Source: Candidatus Poribacteria bacterium (GTDB taxonomy: Bacteria > Poribacteria > WGA-4E > WGA-3G). Taken from it: 64,000 nucleotides of DNA. The notes beneath the pieces are model-generated. The model did not search any database. It was given only the letters and a program-made list of their open reading frames with translations, and was not told the origin of the DNA. This document shows positions 19,782 to 29,508 of the stretch, piece after piece (within the stretch, counting starts at the first letter, position 1; the number at the start of each line of letters is the position of its first letter). The DNA lies in the NCBI GenBank assembly GCA_963665235.2, contig CAXXLX010000001.1:3264001-3328000 (forward strand), written 5' to 3'. Made by a program: the position numbers and the translations under genes.

Positions 19782-20885
19782 GTGAAGCAATTACAGACAC
19801 TCTTCATATTAGCATTATTGCTACTGGCGGGCTTGAACTGTGGAACAACAGACAATCCTGTCAATCAACCCGAAGACATTGAAACGCCAACCGGCAGCCT
19901 CCAAGGCGAAGTGGCACCAATTGAGGGCATCCCAGTCCAGGTACGTCTAATAAAAGCGGGACAACTCATCGCGCAAACTGAAATAGATAGCAGCTACGAA
20001 TTTAGCGGCATTGAAGAGGGCAATTATACAATCCAGCTCACCGCCAAAGGGTATGAAACAGTTGAAATAGACGTGACAGTCGTCGCGGAACAGACTGTAC
20101 CCGTCGATAAAGTGACACTTGTGGCGTTGACAGCCCCCGTATCACATCTACGAGGCGTTCTAACCGACGCGGAAACAGAAGCACTCCTCTCCGAAGTTAG
20201 AATTCAACTTACGGATGAAGCCGGTGAAAAACAGGAAACGCTCACAACGAAAGATGGGGTATTCACCTTTGAGAATCTCCCGATTAATCAGACGTTTACC
20301 TTGACTGTTAAACACACCGGTTATGAAGATAACGAAGTCAACGTAAAACCGATTCCTGCCGATGAAACCTTTGAACTGGATATAGAACTTACGCCGGTCC
20401 CCGAGCAGGAGGAGTTGGGCCCAGGGGAAGGGTTAAGTATTGGCAGTGATGCCCCAGGATTTAAACTGCCCGATGCCAATAATAAGCAGCACGCGCTTGC
20501 GGACTACATCGGCAAAAAAAATGTTGTCCTTGTGTTCTTTCGCGGCCGTTTCTGACCGTTTTGCCGAACGCAACTCGGTGAGTTGCAAGAAAATTACGGT
20601 AAAATTCAAGCCGAAGGTGCCGAACTTATCGCCATCAGCTCCGATGACGTAGCTGAGACAAAACGGACAGTTCAAAACCAAGGTATTCAATACATCATCC
20701 TTGCTGATAGCGACAAACAGGCTATTACTGCTTACAACGTCGTCGATCCGCAAAACAATCGGCTAGCACGTCCAGCAAGTTATATCCTAAAAGCAGATGG
20801 CACTATCGCTTGGAAATTTCTTGATGTCCGAGTAGATAATCGGGTGCCGACTGCACAAATTTTGAACGAATTAGGAAAACTCTGA
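19782..20885 (+). CDS. lipoprotein selenoprotein: two carboxypeptidase-regulatory-like beta domains plus AhpC/TSA redoxin with UxxC (Sec at TGA 20553-20555)
   Basis: LAGLNC lipobox-like signal; GSDAPGFKLPD...VVLVFFRGRF-TGA-PFCRTQLGELQ continues in frame to AISSD, ARPASYIL. Confidence 0.85.
20570..20586 (+). promoter_or_regulatory. candidate bacterial SECIS hairpin
   Basis: gcaactc-ggt-gagttgc, 14 nt after the in-frame UGA, G in apical loop. Confidence 0.65.
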
Positions 20886-22000
20886 TGAAACCTTACGATG
20901 CGGTAACAGCAAACATTGTGGCGGACTGCGAAGAGGCAGTAAACACCCGGAATAGACTCCATCGAAGGGAATTCTTGGGCCAACTCGGCATTATTGGTGG
21001 GGCTTCTGCGCTTAGCACACTCCCCGCATTCGCACAAAGCAGCGGACAAGTTCCACCTGACACCCAAAAAAAGACGCTGCCTACGCCAGTTGTTGAAGTA
21101 CTCGGTAAACAGGTGTGGGAGAACGAACAGCTGAACGAAGCAGCAGCAGGCGAAATGCTCGAACAAGGGTTAATCAAACTTACCGGACGCGATTCCCTAA
21201 AAGAAGCTTGGCGCGACTTTGTACTGCCAGACGATATTGTCGGCATAAAAATCAATCCGCTCAGCGGGCCCGGGCTAAGCACACATTCTGTTATCGTTGA
21301 CAAAATTATTGAGGGATTATTCAGCGCAGGTGTTCTTCGGAAACAGATTATCATCTGGGATCGGTTTAAAGAACACCTCCTTAACGCTGGTTACCCGATT
21401 AAAACCGATGAAGGCGATGTCCGAACGCTTGCCTCCGATATGGAGACTATCGGCTACGATGACGAGGTCTTTTATGAAACCGAGAAGGACAGTAGCACCC
21501 GACGCGAAAATGAGAGCATCCGTTCCCGATATTCACGGATTGTCACACAACAGGTGGATGTCATTATTAATGTGCCGGTCCTAAAACATCACGATATAGC
21601 AGGCGTGAGCGGATGCTTAAAAAACCTCGCCTTCGGAAGTGTTGATAATACCCGCAGATTCCATGGGAGACCCATCTACTGCAATCCCGCCATCGGTGAA
21701 ATTTGTGCACATAAGGTGCTGAAGGAAAAATTAACCCTAAATATCGTTGACGGCCTCGTTGCCTCCTATGACCGAGGGCCGACCTATCACGCCGAAAATA
21801 CATGGAAATATGGCGGAATGTTTATCAGCACCGATCCGGTTATTCTTGACGTGCTTATCCTCCAAACTGTCAACCAGAAACGCGAAGAATTAGGGTTGAG
21901 TTCTATGTCTAGATACGCTAACTATATCAACAACGCAAGTAGCCTCGGCTTAGGTCAGTCTTCGATTGCCCAGGTCGATTTTCAGAAAATTGAGGTTTAA
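20885..22000 (+). CDS. Tat-exported DUF362 family protein
   Basis: HRREFL twin-arginine signal; DIVGIKIN, IIIWDR, INVPVLKHH..GVSGCLKNL, STDPVILD. Confidence 0.85.
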   Translation: MKPYDAVTANIVADCEEAVNTRNRLHRREFLGQLGIIGGASALSTLPAFAQSSGQVPPDTQKKTLPTPVVEVLGKQVWENEQLNEAAAGEMLEQGLIKLTGRDSLKEAWRDFVLPDDIVGIKINPLSGPGLSTHSVIVDKIIEGLFSAGVLRKQIIIWDRFKEHLLNAGYPIKTDEGDVRTLASDMETIGYDDEVFYETEKDSSTRRENESIRSRYSRIVTQQVDVIINVPVLKHHDIAGVSGCLKNLAFGSVDNTRRFHGRPIYCNPAIGEICAHKVLKEKLTLNIVDGLVASYDRGPTYHAENTWKYGGMFISTDPVILDVLILQTVNQKREELGLSSMSRYANYINNASSLGLGQSSIAQVDFQKIEV

Positions 22001-22004
22001 TTTC

Positions 22005-22247
22005 ATGAAATCTGCATGTATCTCTATACTTATGCTAGCGTGTGTGCTCGCCATCACAGCGACATTTTCAGGCTGCACAGTGACCTTCACATCAAGCGAC
22101 ACGTTACAGCTCAGCCTATCGGAGTCCACAGAAGAGGTAAAACAGCTAATAGCGGAGTTTGAATCTGATGAGGGAGATAACGTCGCTGGGGATGTGACGC
22201 AAAAGGCTGGAAGTGCTTGTGCTGGCGGGGCATGCATCATCTATTAG
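22005..22247 (+). CDS. small lipoprotein (80 aa) with C-terminal CAGGAC
   Basis: Hydrophobic signal with FSGC lipobox; starts 4 nt after the DUF362 stop. Confidence 0.65.
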   Translation: MKSACISILMLACVLAITATFSGCTVTFTSSDTLQLSLSESTEEVKQLIAEFESDEGDNVAGDVTQKAGSACAGGACIIY

Positions 22248-22281
22248 CGAATATCGTGTGTTATATTGCGCGACACTATCA

Positions 22282-24270
22282 TCAATCCTCTATATTCTCT
22301 CTTGCCTTAGAGATAATTTTGTGCCAATCCCAGAGAAGCACTGTCCCATCCCAACTTCCGCTGGCGAGCGTTTGACCGTCGTGTGAAAACACTAACGTCT
22401 CTACCGGTTCTGTATGTCCAGACACGGTTGCCAGAACTTTACCTGTTTCTACATCCCGTAACTGAATTGGATTGTCCCCATCACCCATTCCGGAACAGAT
22501 GAGCGTTTTACCATCGGGTGAGAACGTCAATGCTCCGCCAAATATGCTCATATCTCCGGGGATTACGGTAAGTTTGGTATTCGTTTCATCAAATTTCCAC
22601 AAATAGATACCATCCCTACCTCTCAGGACAAGCAAAGAGCTGTCGGGTGAGAAAGCCAAAGCGGTCCCCTCCATAGGGGCTACTTTCGGAGGCGTGTCCG
22701 GTGTTTCCACATTCCATACCTGTAGTGGGCCGTGAGATAGTCCTACTGCAAGCCATTTTCCGTTAGGTGAGAACATCGGTTTGTTTCCAAACGTTGGTCC
22801 TTTCACTTCAAAGTGGAACAATTCAACGCCGGTGTAAACGTGAAATCCTCTAATCTCTTGAAAACCGCTCAACGCAATTATAGTGTGGTTCGGGGCGAAT
22901 ACGGCTGCGTCTACAGTGGAATCCCCCTGTTTTTTCCACTGTTTAGAGATCTCTTCACCGGTTGCTATCCGCCATAATCGCAGATGGCTGCCCCCGCTGG
23001 TACGGCTCTGGAATCCGAAGCTATCTGGAGAAAATGCTATTAAACCGCTTTTGCCCTGCGTTGCAAAAAGGGTCGCATCCAATGAAAGCACTGCTACATC
23101 TGTCACGTCGCTCTGCCCCGCAGTGAAGGTCTTCTGTCTCTGCCCGGTCTCCAGGCTCCATACGTCCACAATCCCGTTAAACGCTGCAGTTACAAGTGTT
23201 GCATCGTTTTCAGAAAACGCAACCGCTTTCACCAATTCCGTATGTCCGGTAGCAAGGGTTGTGAGCTCTGTGCCGTTCTGTGGATTCCATAGGCGGATTG
23301 TTCCATCCGCGCTACTACTGGCAAGACACCTGCCGTAAAGTGGCGTTTCCGTAGCTGCGAAGGTTAGAGCACTAATGGTATTTTTATGACCGGTGAGGAT
23401 TACTTGTTCTTTTTGTGTCTCTACATCCCAAAGTTTAATGACCTTCCCCGTGTCACCACTCGCAACGGTTTTTCCATCCGGTGAGAATGCAATAGCGGTA
23501 ATCCAGCCTTCAGGTGTACTGAGCGTCCCAAGCTTGGCGTGTTTCTGTGTATCCCACAATATCACCTTTTTATTCTCACCGCCACTCGCGAGAATTTTTC
23601 CATCCGGTGAGAATGCCAATGCCAGGATTCCCGAGTCTGTGTCATTTCCATGTCCCTCAAAAATCGCCTGATCGCTGCTCGTCGTTGTGTTCCATAGATG
23701 AATTTTCCCATCTCGGTTCGCAATAGCAAGTTTACTACCATCTTGTGAGAAGGCAACCCTCTCGTATAGATAAGGTATATTTGCCATCGATAATTTGCGC
23801 CCGGTATCTACATGCCAATAACTGATTTCACGAAGCCCATTTATGCTGATAAGCGTTCTACCGTAAAATGTCAATGCCTCCGACGAAGAGTCTTCGTACG
23901 TTAGTGTGATTGATGAAAGTTTGCTTTTAGTTTTCACATCCCAAATTTGAATAATGGAGGTATTAAATCCACTGCTTGCCAGCATTTTTCCATCCGATGA
24001 AAAAGCAAGCGCGTTGACATGTCCAATACGTTCTGTAAATAGGGCAGTCTCTTTCCCATCCGCCACATCATAGAGCCACAAGCCAACATCTGTCCCGACA
24101 GCGAGCTGCGTGCCATCCGGTGAAAAGCGAATGATATTAATCCCACCTTTGCCGAGCCGTACGATTGCGCCTTCTGGTAAACCTGCTTCCCTGTTGTCTT
24201 GTGCAAAACTGTTTGAGAACGTTATGGCTATCAACAACAAAATGATTAGGAATCTATATTTTGATGTCAT
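22282..24270 (-). CDS. secreted WD40-repeat protein
   Basis: Signal peptide, LPEGAIVRLGKG, many AFSPDG..LASG..D..LWD repeats. Confidence 0.92.
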   Translation of the reverse strand: MTSKYRFLIILLLIAITFSNSFAQDNREAGLPEGAIVRLGKGGINIIRFSPDGTQLAVGTDVGLWLYDVADGKETALFTERIGHVNALAFSSDGKMLASSGFNTSIIQIWDVKTKSKLSSITLTYEDSSSEALTFYGRTLISINGLREISYWHVDTGRKLSMANIPYLYERVAFSQDGSKLAIANRDGKIHLWNTTTSSDQAIFEGHGNDTDSGILALAFSPDGKILASGGENKKVILWDTQKHAKLGTLSTPEGWITAIAFSPDGKTVASGDTGKVIKLWDVETQKEQVILTGHKNTISALTFAATETPLYGRCLASSSADGTIRLWNPQNGTELTTLATGHTELVKAVAFSENDATLVTAAFNGIVDVWSLETGQRQKTFTAGQSDVTDVAVLSLDATLFATQGKSGLIAFSPDSFGFQSRTSGGSHLRLWRIATGEEISKQWKKQGDSTVDAAVFAPNHTIIALSGFQEIRGFHVYTGVELFHFEVKGPTFGNKPMFSPNGKWLAVGLSHGPLQVWNVETPDTPPKVAPMEGTALAFSPDSSLLVLRGRDGIYLWKFDETNTKLTVIPGDMSIFGGALTFSPDGKTLICSGMGDGDNPIQLRDVETGKVLATVSGHTEPVETLVFSHDGQTLASGSWDGTVLLWDWHKIISKARENIED

Positions 24271-24401
24271 GATGCACTCCTTGGTAATGTGAAAAAAAAG
24301 CTTGAGAAAAAATAGGATTTGTGTGATACTTTAAGAGAATTATACAACAAGTTTTGACAATTTACCATACAAATTTTCAGGACTTAAGAAAGGAAAACGC
24401 T

Positions 24402-24701
24402 ATGGTTGAACATATCGTCTTGCTCAAATTGAAGCCGGACGTTACCGAAGCGCAAGTGGCAGCTTTGCCTGATGCGTTATTAGAAATGGTTGATGAAATT
24501 CCGGGAATTGAATCCATAACCGCTGGCACAAACAACAGCCCCGAAGGCAAAAGCCATGGATACACCTACGGTTTTATCGTACGCTTCACGGACGAAGCCG
24601 CTCGAGATGCATATCTACCGCATCCTTTTCACCAAAAAGTAGCAGGTGAACAGATTCGTCCGCTCGTTGAGGACGTTTTGGTTTTTGATTACTCCGTTTA
24701 A
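24402..24701 (+). CDS. Dabb family (stress-responsive A/B barrel) protein
   Basis: MVEHIVLLKLK, GTNNSPEG, YLPHPFHQ, VLVFDY. Confidence 0.88.
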   Translation: MVEHIVLLKLKPDVTEAQVAALPDALLEMVDEIPGIESITAGTNNSPEGKSHGYTYGFIVRFTDEAARDAYLPHPFHQKVAGEQIRPLVEDVLVFDYSV

Positions 24702-24756
24702 TTCAAAATTGCCAAAAAAATCACACATTCTATAATTTTTTGAGAGGTAATAATAT

Positions 24757-26145
24757 ATGAGTTGGAATATTGTCGTCGTCGTTTCAGATACACTTCGGAC
24801 AGCCTATTTGAGTCCTTACGGTAACGACTGGGTTCGGACACCGAATTTAGCCAAGTTTGCTGAGTCGGGGGTCCGATTCACCAATGCACACCCGGAATGT
24901 TTACCTACCATTCCGACGCGCCGCACACTTCATACAGGCAGACGTGTCTATCCATTTAGCTCTTATAACCCGGTGCCGTGGGATAACGTCTATACGCCCG
25001 GCTGGCAACCGATGTCTTCGGACGAGCCTGCAATCGCTGAATCGCTTGCTCGAAACGGGTATCATACTGGCTTCTTCGCGGATGTACCGCACTACTTCGT
25101 GCCGGGGATGAACTTCACACGCGGTTTTCGGCAGTGGCAGTTCGTCAGAGGTCAGGCAGAAGACAGATATCGGGGTGCCGCACACGCCGACCCGAGTCAA
25201 GTCGCCCGATACCGTGGCAATCCGGGCCGTATCCGTTCGCATATTGTGAACGTCCAACCTGAACAACCTGAGGAGACCTGGCCGACCGCGCGGTTATTCC
25301 GTGCCGCCATCGAATTTGTAGAACATAATCATAACAACACCCCGTTTTACCTTTATGTTGATGGATTCACACCCCACGAAACATGGGAAGCCCCCATCCA
25401 TTACTACGACCTTTATGGTAGTCGAGAGGATAGAGAACCGATCTGTCTCAACCTTCCCTACGGTTCGCTCAACGATGCGGAGCTTGAGGATAGACTTCCG
25501 AGTGTCAAAGCCAACTATGCAGGGTTGGTCACGCTTGTGGATACGTGGTTCGGTAGGTTAGTGGATACCATCGACCGGCTCGGATTGCGTGACAACACGT
25601 TGATTATTTTTCTTAGCGACCACGGCACTAACTTCGCGGAAAATCCTGATAAAGCCACTGGAAAACCGGCTAACTTCATGTACCCCGGCACGATGGACAT
25701 TCCGTTAATTGTGAGTCATCCATCTGGGGCAAACGCCGGAACAACGTGTGACGAATTCGTCTATACGCTTGATGTGCCCGCTACCGTCATCGCAGCGAGC
25801 CAAGTTGAACCCACTGGCGAAATTGAGGGACAAAGTCTACTTCCGCTTGTGGAGGGTAAAGATGGATTCACCTCGCGCGAATACCTAACCTGCCGTTATG
25901 TCAACTCTGTCTGGTATAAAGACGCGAAGAGCTGGTATTTTTCCAGCGTCGACCTCAACAGCGCTACACGCCTCTTTGACCTTGAGGCGGACATAGACTG
26001 TCAAAACAACATCGCTGACAGGGGTGCCGACCGCATCGCCCTTGCGAAAGAGCGTATCTTAGCCGATGCTGGTGGCCATCTGCCCCATTATAAACGTCAA
26101 GGCAGAACAGATGCCCTCGGCAGACCACAGTTCGCTGAGGAATAG
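24757..26145 (+). CDS. sulfatase-like hydrolase (alkaline phosphatase superfamily)
   Basis: VVSDTLR, TPNL, TIPTRRTLHTGR, PHETW, NTLIIFLSDHG. Confidence 0.88.
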   Translation: MSWNIVVVVSDTLRTAYLSPYGNDWVRTPNLAKFAESGVRFTNAHPECLPTIPTRRTLHTGRRVYPFSSYNPVPWDNVYTPGWQPMSSDEPAIAESLARNGYHTGFFADVPHYFVPGMNFTRGFRQWQFVRGQAEDRYRGAAHADPSQVARYRGNPGRIRSHIVNVQPEQPEETWPTARLFRAAIEFVEHNHNNTPFYLYVDGFTPHETWEAPIHYYDLYGSREDREPICLNLPYGSLNDAELEDRLPSVKANYAGLVTLVDTWFGRLVDTIDRLGLRDNTLIIFLSDHGTNFAENPDKATGKPANFMYPGTMDIPLIVSHPSGANAGTTCDEFVYTLDVPATVIAASQVEPTGEIEGQSLLPLVEGKDGFTSREYLTCRYVNSVWYKDAKSWYFSSVDLNSATRLFDLEADIDCQNNIADRGADRIALAKERILADAGGHLPHYKRQGRTDALGRPQFAEE

Positions 26146-26185
26146 CTTCATGTAGAGAGAACGGTTGCACAACAGGATAGAAAAC

Positions 26186-26290
26186 ATGAACCCTGATTTG
26201 AAAGAAATTCAGACCCATTGGCGCGTTGTTCAACCGCTCCTCTCAATTCGCAACGAGGCGGAATATGATAAAGCCATTTTAGCCCCGTAG
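26186..26290 (+). pseudogene. N-terminal fragment resembling a HigA-type antitoxin, ended by a REP-like element
   Basis: MNPDLKEIQTHWRVVQPLLSIRNEAEYDKAI; stop supplied by the hairpin TAG. Confidence 0.5.
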
Positions 26291-26309
26291 GGGCGGTATA
26301 TTTATAGAA
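26280..26309 (+). repeat. solo copy of the REP-like unit of the 63.2-64.0 kb arrays
   Basis: tagccccgtaggggcggtatatttatagaa. Confidence 0.75.
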
Positions 26310-26354
26310 TGGATTGTGCCAGCACATTACTTCGAAAAATAAGGAGCCTCCGTT

Positions 26355-27590
26355 ATGGCGCATTTTCATTTCAGACAATCTTCAATTGCAATCGTCCTTG
26401 TGCTCATAGCACTTACCTTCGTGATGTGTCAAGAAAGCCCCGCGGATAAAATAGTGTCAAGTCTTCACGGACAGGTTATAGATGTGGAAGGTAAACCGGT
26501 TGCAGGTCTCAAACTCGCTATGAAACCTGTTAAATTTGTAGGGTTTAATGCTGGTTTAGTGCCACGTACACCTTTCTCTTCGTGGGCAAGGGTAGTGACA
26601 GATAAGGAGGGGAAATTCTATTTCCATAATATAGGTCGTGTTTCATCACAATTCGTAATGTTCCCGGAACACGGCTCGGATTATGAAATCGTATCAATGG
26701 CATTTGGAGATTTAACCTTCTATTCCACTGCCTACATTCGAAATTTACCATCCTATTTTGGAAAACTCACCTTTACTGTTGGACCGCGCAATCATCTTAA
26801 AAATGTGATAGTCAAGGTGAGACCGCCTCGGATGCGAATTCGGGGACGAATTCTCTTGAAGGATGGCACTCCACTTGCGAATGCAGAAATTGGTCTTACC
26901 GTCCGGCATCGCCAGCGGAAGACCCAATTTCTCTTCTTCTCCGATATCCGTGGTGGTGGCGCGTCAGGAATGGTTAGTACGACCGATGCCGAAGGCTATT
27001 TCGTATCATATTATCCACAGGAAGCTGGAGAATACTCAGTAGCCGTGAAATATGAGGGCGCGTCCGCAAAGTCAAAATGGTTTCGTATTAAAGAGGGACA
27101 GCGGTACGATAAGCTCGTTTTGAGACTTAAAGACTTGGAAAAACATCGTGCTGAACGCAATAAAAGGTTGAAAGCGCGACAAGCGATGTGGACAGTAAAT
27201 CCTGACAATCACCACGCTTACAAGAAAATTGTGTGTGACAGCTGGGAAGATGCAAAAGCGAAAGCGGAAGCCGAAGATGCCTATATAGTCGCCATTAATG
27301 ACGAAGCGGAGCAGCAATGGTTGGCCGCAGTTTATCCGAAGAAAACGTTCTCTTGGATTGGGCTCCGTGTTCCCAAAAAAGAGGCAGCCTGGCTGTGGGA
27401 CAGCGGCGAGCCTTTCACCTATGCAAATTGGATAGCCCCCAAGGCACCCGAGCTTGCGCCTACTATCAATAACGAAGTGCCAGTCGCTATGGAACCCTTT
27501 TCAAAGAAATGGATAGCAATTGAGCCTGGAAGCCCATTCTTATCTGCGATTAAGTACGCAATTCTCGAAAAAGAGGATATGCCTAATTAG
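26355..27590 (+). CDS. secreted carboxypeptidase-regulatory-like plus C-type lectin domain protein
   Basis: GQVIDVEGKPV, TDKEGKF; NPDNHHAYK..SWEDAK, AINDEAEQQWL, WIGL, GEPFTYANW. Confidence 0.8.
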   Translation: MAHFHFRQSSIAIVLVLIALTFVMCQESPADKIVSSLHGQVIDVEGKPVAGLKLAMKPVKFVGFNAGLVPRTPFSSWARVVTDKEGKFYFHNIGRVSSQFVMFPEHGSDYEIVSMAFGDLTFYSTAYIRNLPSYFGKLTFTVGPRNHLKNVIVKVRPPRMRIRGRILLKDGTPLANAEIGLTVRHRQRKTQFLFFSDIRGGGASGMVSTTDAEGYFVSYYPQEAGEYSVAVKYEGASAKSKWFRIKEGQRYDKLVLRLKDLEKHRAERNKRLKARQAMWTVNPDNHHAYKKIVCDSWEDAKAKAEAEDAYIVAINDEAEQQWLAAVYPKKTFSWIGLRVPKKEAAWLWDSGEPFTYANWIAPKAPELAPTINNEVPVAMEPFSKKWIAIEPGSPFLSAIKYAILEKEDMPN

Positions 27591-27597
27591 GGCGCGT

Positions 27598-27960
27598 TCT
27601 GTAGGAGCGTGCTTCGCACGCGACCCTTCTGTAGGAGTGTGCTTCGCACGCGACCCTTCTGTAGGAGTGTGCTTCGCACGCGACCTCTTCTGTAGGAGCG
27701 TGCTTCGCACGCGACTCTTCCGTAGGAGCGTGCTTCGCACGCGACCTCTTCTGTAGGAGCGTGCTTCGCACGCGACTCTTCTGTAGGAGCGTGCTTCGCA
27801 CGCGACCTCTTCTGTAGGAGCGTGCTTCGCACGCGATGCTTTCTGTAGGGGCGTGCTTCGCACGCGACCTCTTCTGTAGGAGCGTGCTTCGCACGCGATG
27901 CTTTCTGTAGGGGCGTGCTTCGCACGCGACCTCTTCTGTAGGAGCGTGCTTCGCACGCGA
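27598..27960 (+). repeat. tandem array of 12 GTAG-REP-like units (30-31 bp)
   Basis: tctgtaggagcgtgcttcgcacgcgacc(t)ct repeated; hairpin gcgtgc-ttc-gcacgc. Confidence 0.92.
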
Positions 27961-27981
27961 TATTAAGGAGAATTAATTGTC

Positions 27982-29466
27982 ATGACCCGTCTTCCTTTCA
28001 CCAAACAGATTTTTGTATGGTTAACAATAGGTATTGTGTGGGGACTCGCTGCAGCGGATTGGGAAGCTGCCGCCGAGCAATCGTCAACGTTATCCGGACG
28101 CGTTATCAATGCCGAAGGTAAACCACTTGTCGAAACCCCCATCGTCCTGCTATACGTCAAAATTGCCGAAAATGGCACAGTAGACACCCTATTTGACAGG
28201 GTGCTGTATCCTTTTCTCCGCCAGATGCCGGCCGCCGATACGCCATCCCATCTTAACAGGAGAAGGCAAGCACTTAATCAGAAGCTGCCGCATCCCCCCT
28301 TTTTGGAAACCGAAACCGATTCAGCCGGACAATTCACCTTCACCGACATCGTTACGGGCCCTGTACAATTAATGGTCCTGCCGATGGAAAATGAGCAGTC
28401 ACCGCCTCCCGCGGACCCGCACTTCATTAAGCCGCTACCCGAAATTCAGACCATTACGTTCGGAAAAATGAAATTTCACCCGACTTTATCCATTTTTTTC
28501 CCACTGCTCGACACAGTCACCTTTGCTATTAAGCCGGGCGTAAACCTCCAAAACGTAGAAGTCAAAATGGCAGTCCCCAGAGAAATTCGGGGCAGAATTG
28601 TTTTCAAAAATGGTGAACCGCTCGCCGACACAACCTTTAAGATTAACCTCAGTCTGCTTGACGTTGACCCCGACATGCTGCTAGGTATGGGCCAGATAGA
28701 TGAATTCGGCATCTGGTACCCATTAAATACGGATGCCGATGGAAATTTCGTCCTTCCTTTCCATGCATCTATGAATTGTGTACTATCCGTTAACCATCGT
28801 GGACTTTCCACAGCACTAAAACCGTTTATCATCGAAGAGGGAAAAATCCCCGAAACTGTTGTTCTAATGCTCAACGGCAATCCCGAAGACCTTGCCGAAC
28901 TGCCACCTGAAATTCCCGAAGAGCATCAATACCTCCTACCGAACGTCCCAGGTACCTGGATAGTGAACCCCGCAAATGGACACGCCTACAAATGGATTGC
29001 CTGTAAGAATCGTGAGGATGCACAAGTCAAGGCGGAGGCCGAAGGCGCGCATCTGCTTACAATTAATAGTGAAACTGAACAGATATGGATTGAAGCTGTC
29101 TTTGAATACGGCCCCTATTGGATTGGATTGACCGACATGCTAAAAGAGGGGGAATGGCTGTGGGAAACTGGAGAGCCTGTCACATACACCAATTGGAAAA
29201 AGCCCGATGTAATTGAAGAGAATTCCGATGAACCCCCGGCTCTTCTCAAGTTCTTCGGGGTCAAAAGTGAGGAGCAACGCCAGAAGGATGAAGAGGCGGA
29301 CTACGCCATTATACCCGCACGCTGGTGGGGCGCAATCGGGCAATGGGTAGCAGTTGACGAAGAAGGCAGATTTCACGGAGAAATCCTGATGGCAATTATT
29401 GAGCGGGATGGAATGCGCTCAAAACTACTCAACTTGCCACCTGACATGAAACCAAACAGAAAGTGA
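27982..29466 (+). CDS. secreted carboxypeptidase-regulatory-like plus C-type lectin protein (paralog of 26355-27590)
   Basis: SGRVINAEGKPL, TDSAGQF; NPANGHAYK, TINSETEQIW, WIGLTD..EGEWLWETGEPVTYTNW. Confidence 0.8.
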   Translation: MTRLPFTKQIFVWLTIGIVWGLAAADWEAAAEQSSTLSGRVINAEGKPLVETPIVLLYVKIAENGTVDTLFDRVLYPFLRQMPAADTPSHLNRRRQALNQKLPHPPFLETETDSAGQFTFTDIVTGPVQLMVLPMENEQSPPPADPHFIKPLPEIQTITFGKMKFHPTLSIFFPLLDTVTFAIKPGVNLQNVEVKMAVPREIRGRIVFKNGEPLADTTFKINLSLLDVDPDMLLGMGQIDEFGIWYPLNTDADGNFVLPFHASMNCVLSVNHRGLSTALKPFIIEEGKIPETVVLMLNGNPEDLAELPPEIPEEHQYLLPNVPGTWIVNPANGHAYKWIACKNREDAQVKAEAEGAHLLTINSETEQIWIEAVFEYGPYWIGLTDMLKEGEWLWETGEPVTYTNWKKPDVIEENSDEPPALLKFFGVKSEEQRQKDEEADYAIIPARWWGAIGQWVAVDEEGRFHGEILMAIIERDGMRSKLLNLPPDMKPNRK

Positions 29467-29508
29467 TGACCGCCAGCTTTACAAAACATACCGAAAAAGG
29501 AAAATCAG

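Noticed and set aside
20583-20885. Independent 100-aa redoxin gene
   Set aside because: In frame with the upstream ORF and lacks the active site; better explained by Sec read-through
27598-27960. CRISPR array, or real CDSs from the four ORFs at 27520-27956
   Set aside because: Linkers are only 6-8 nt and repetitive; the ORFs are translations of the repeat
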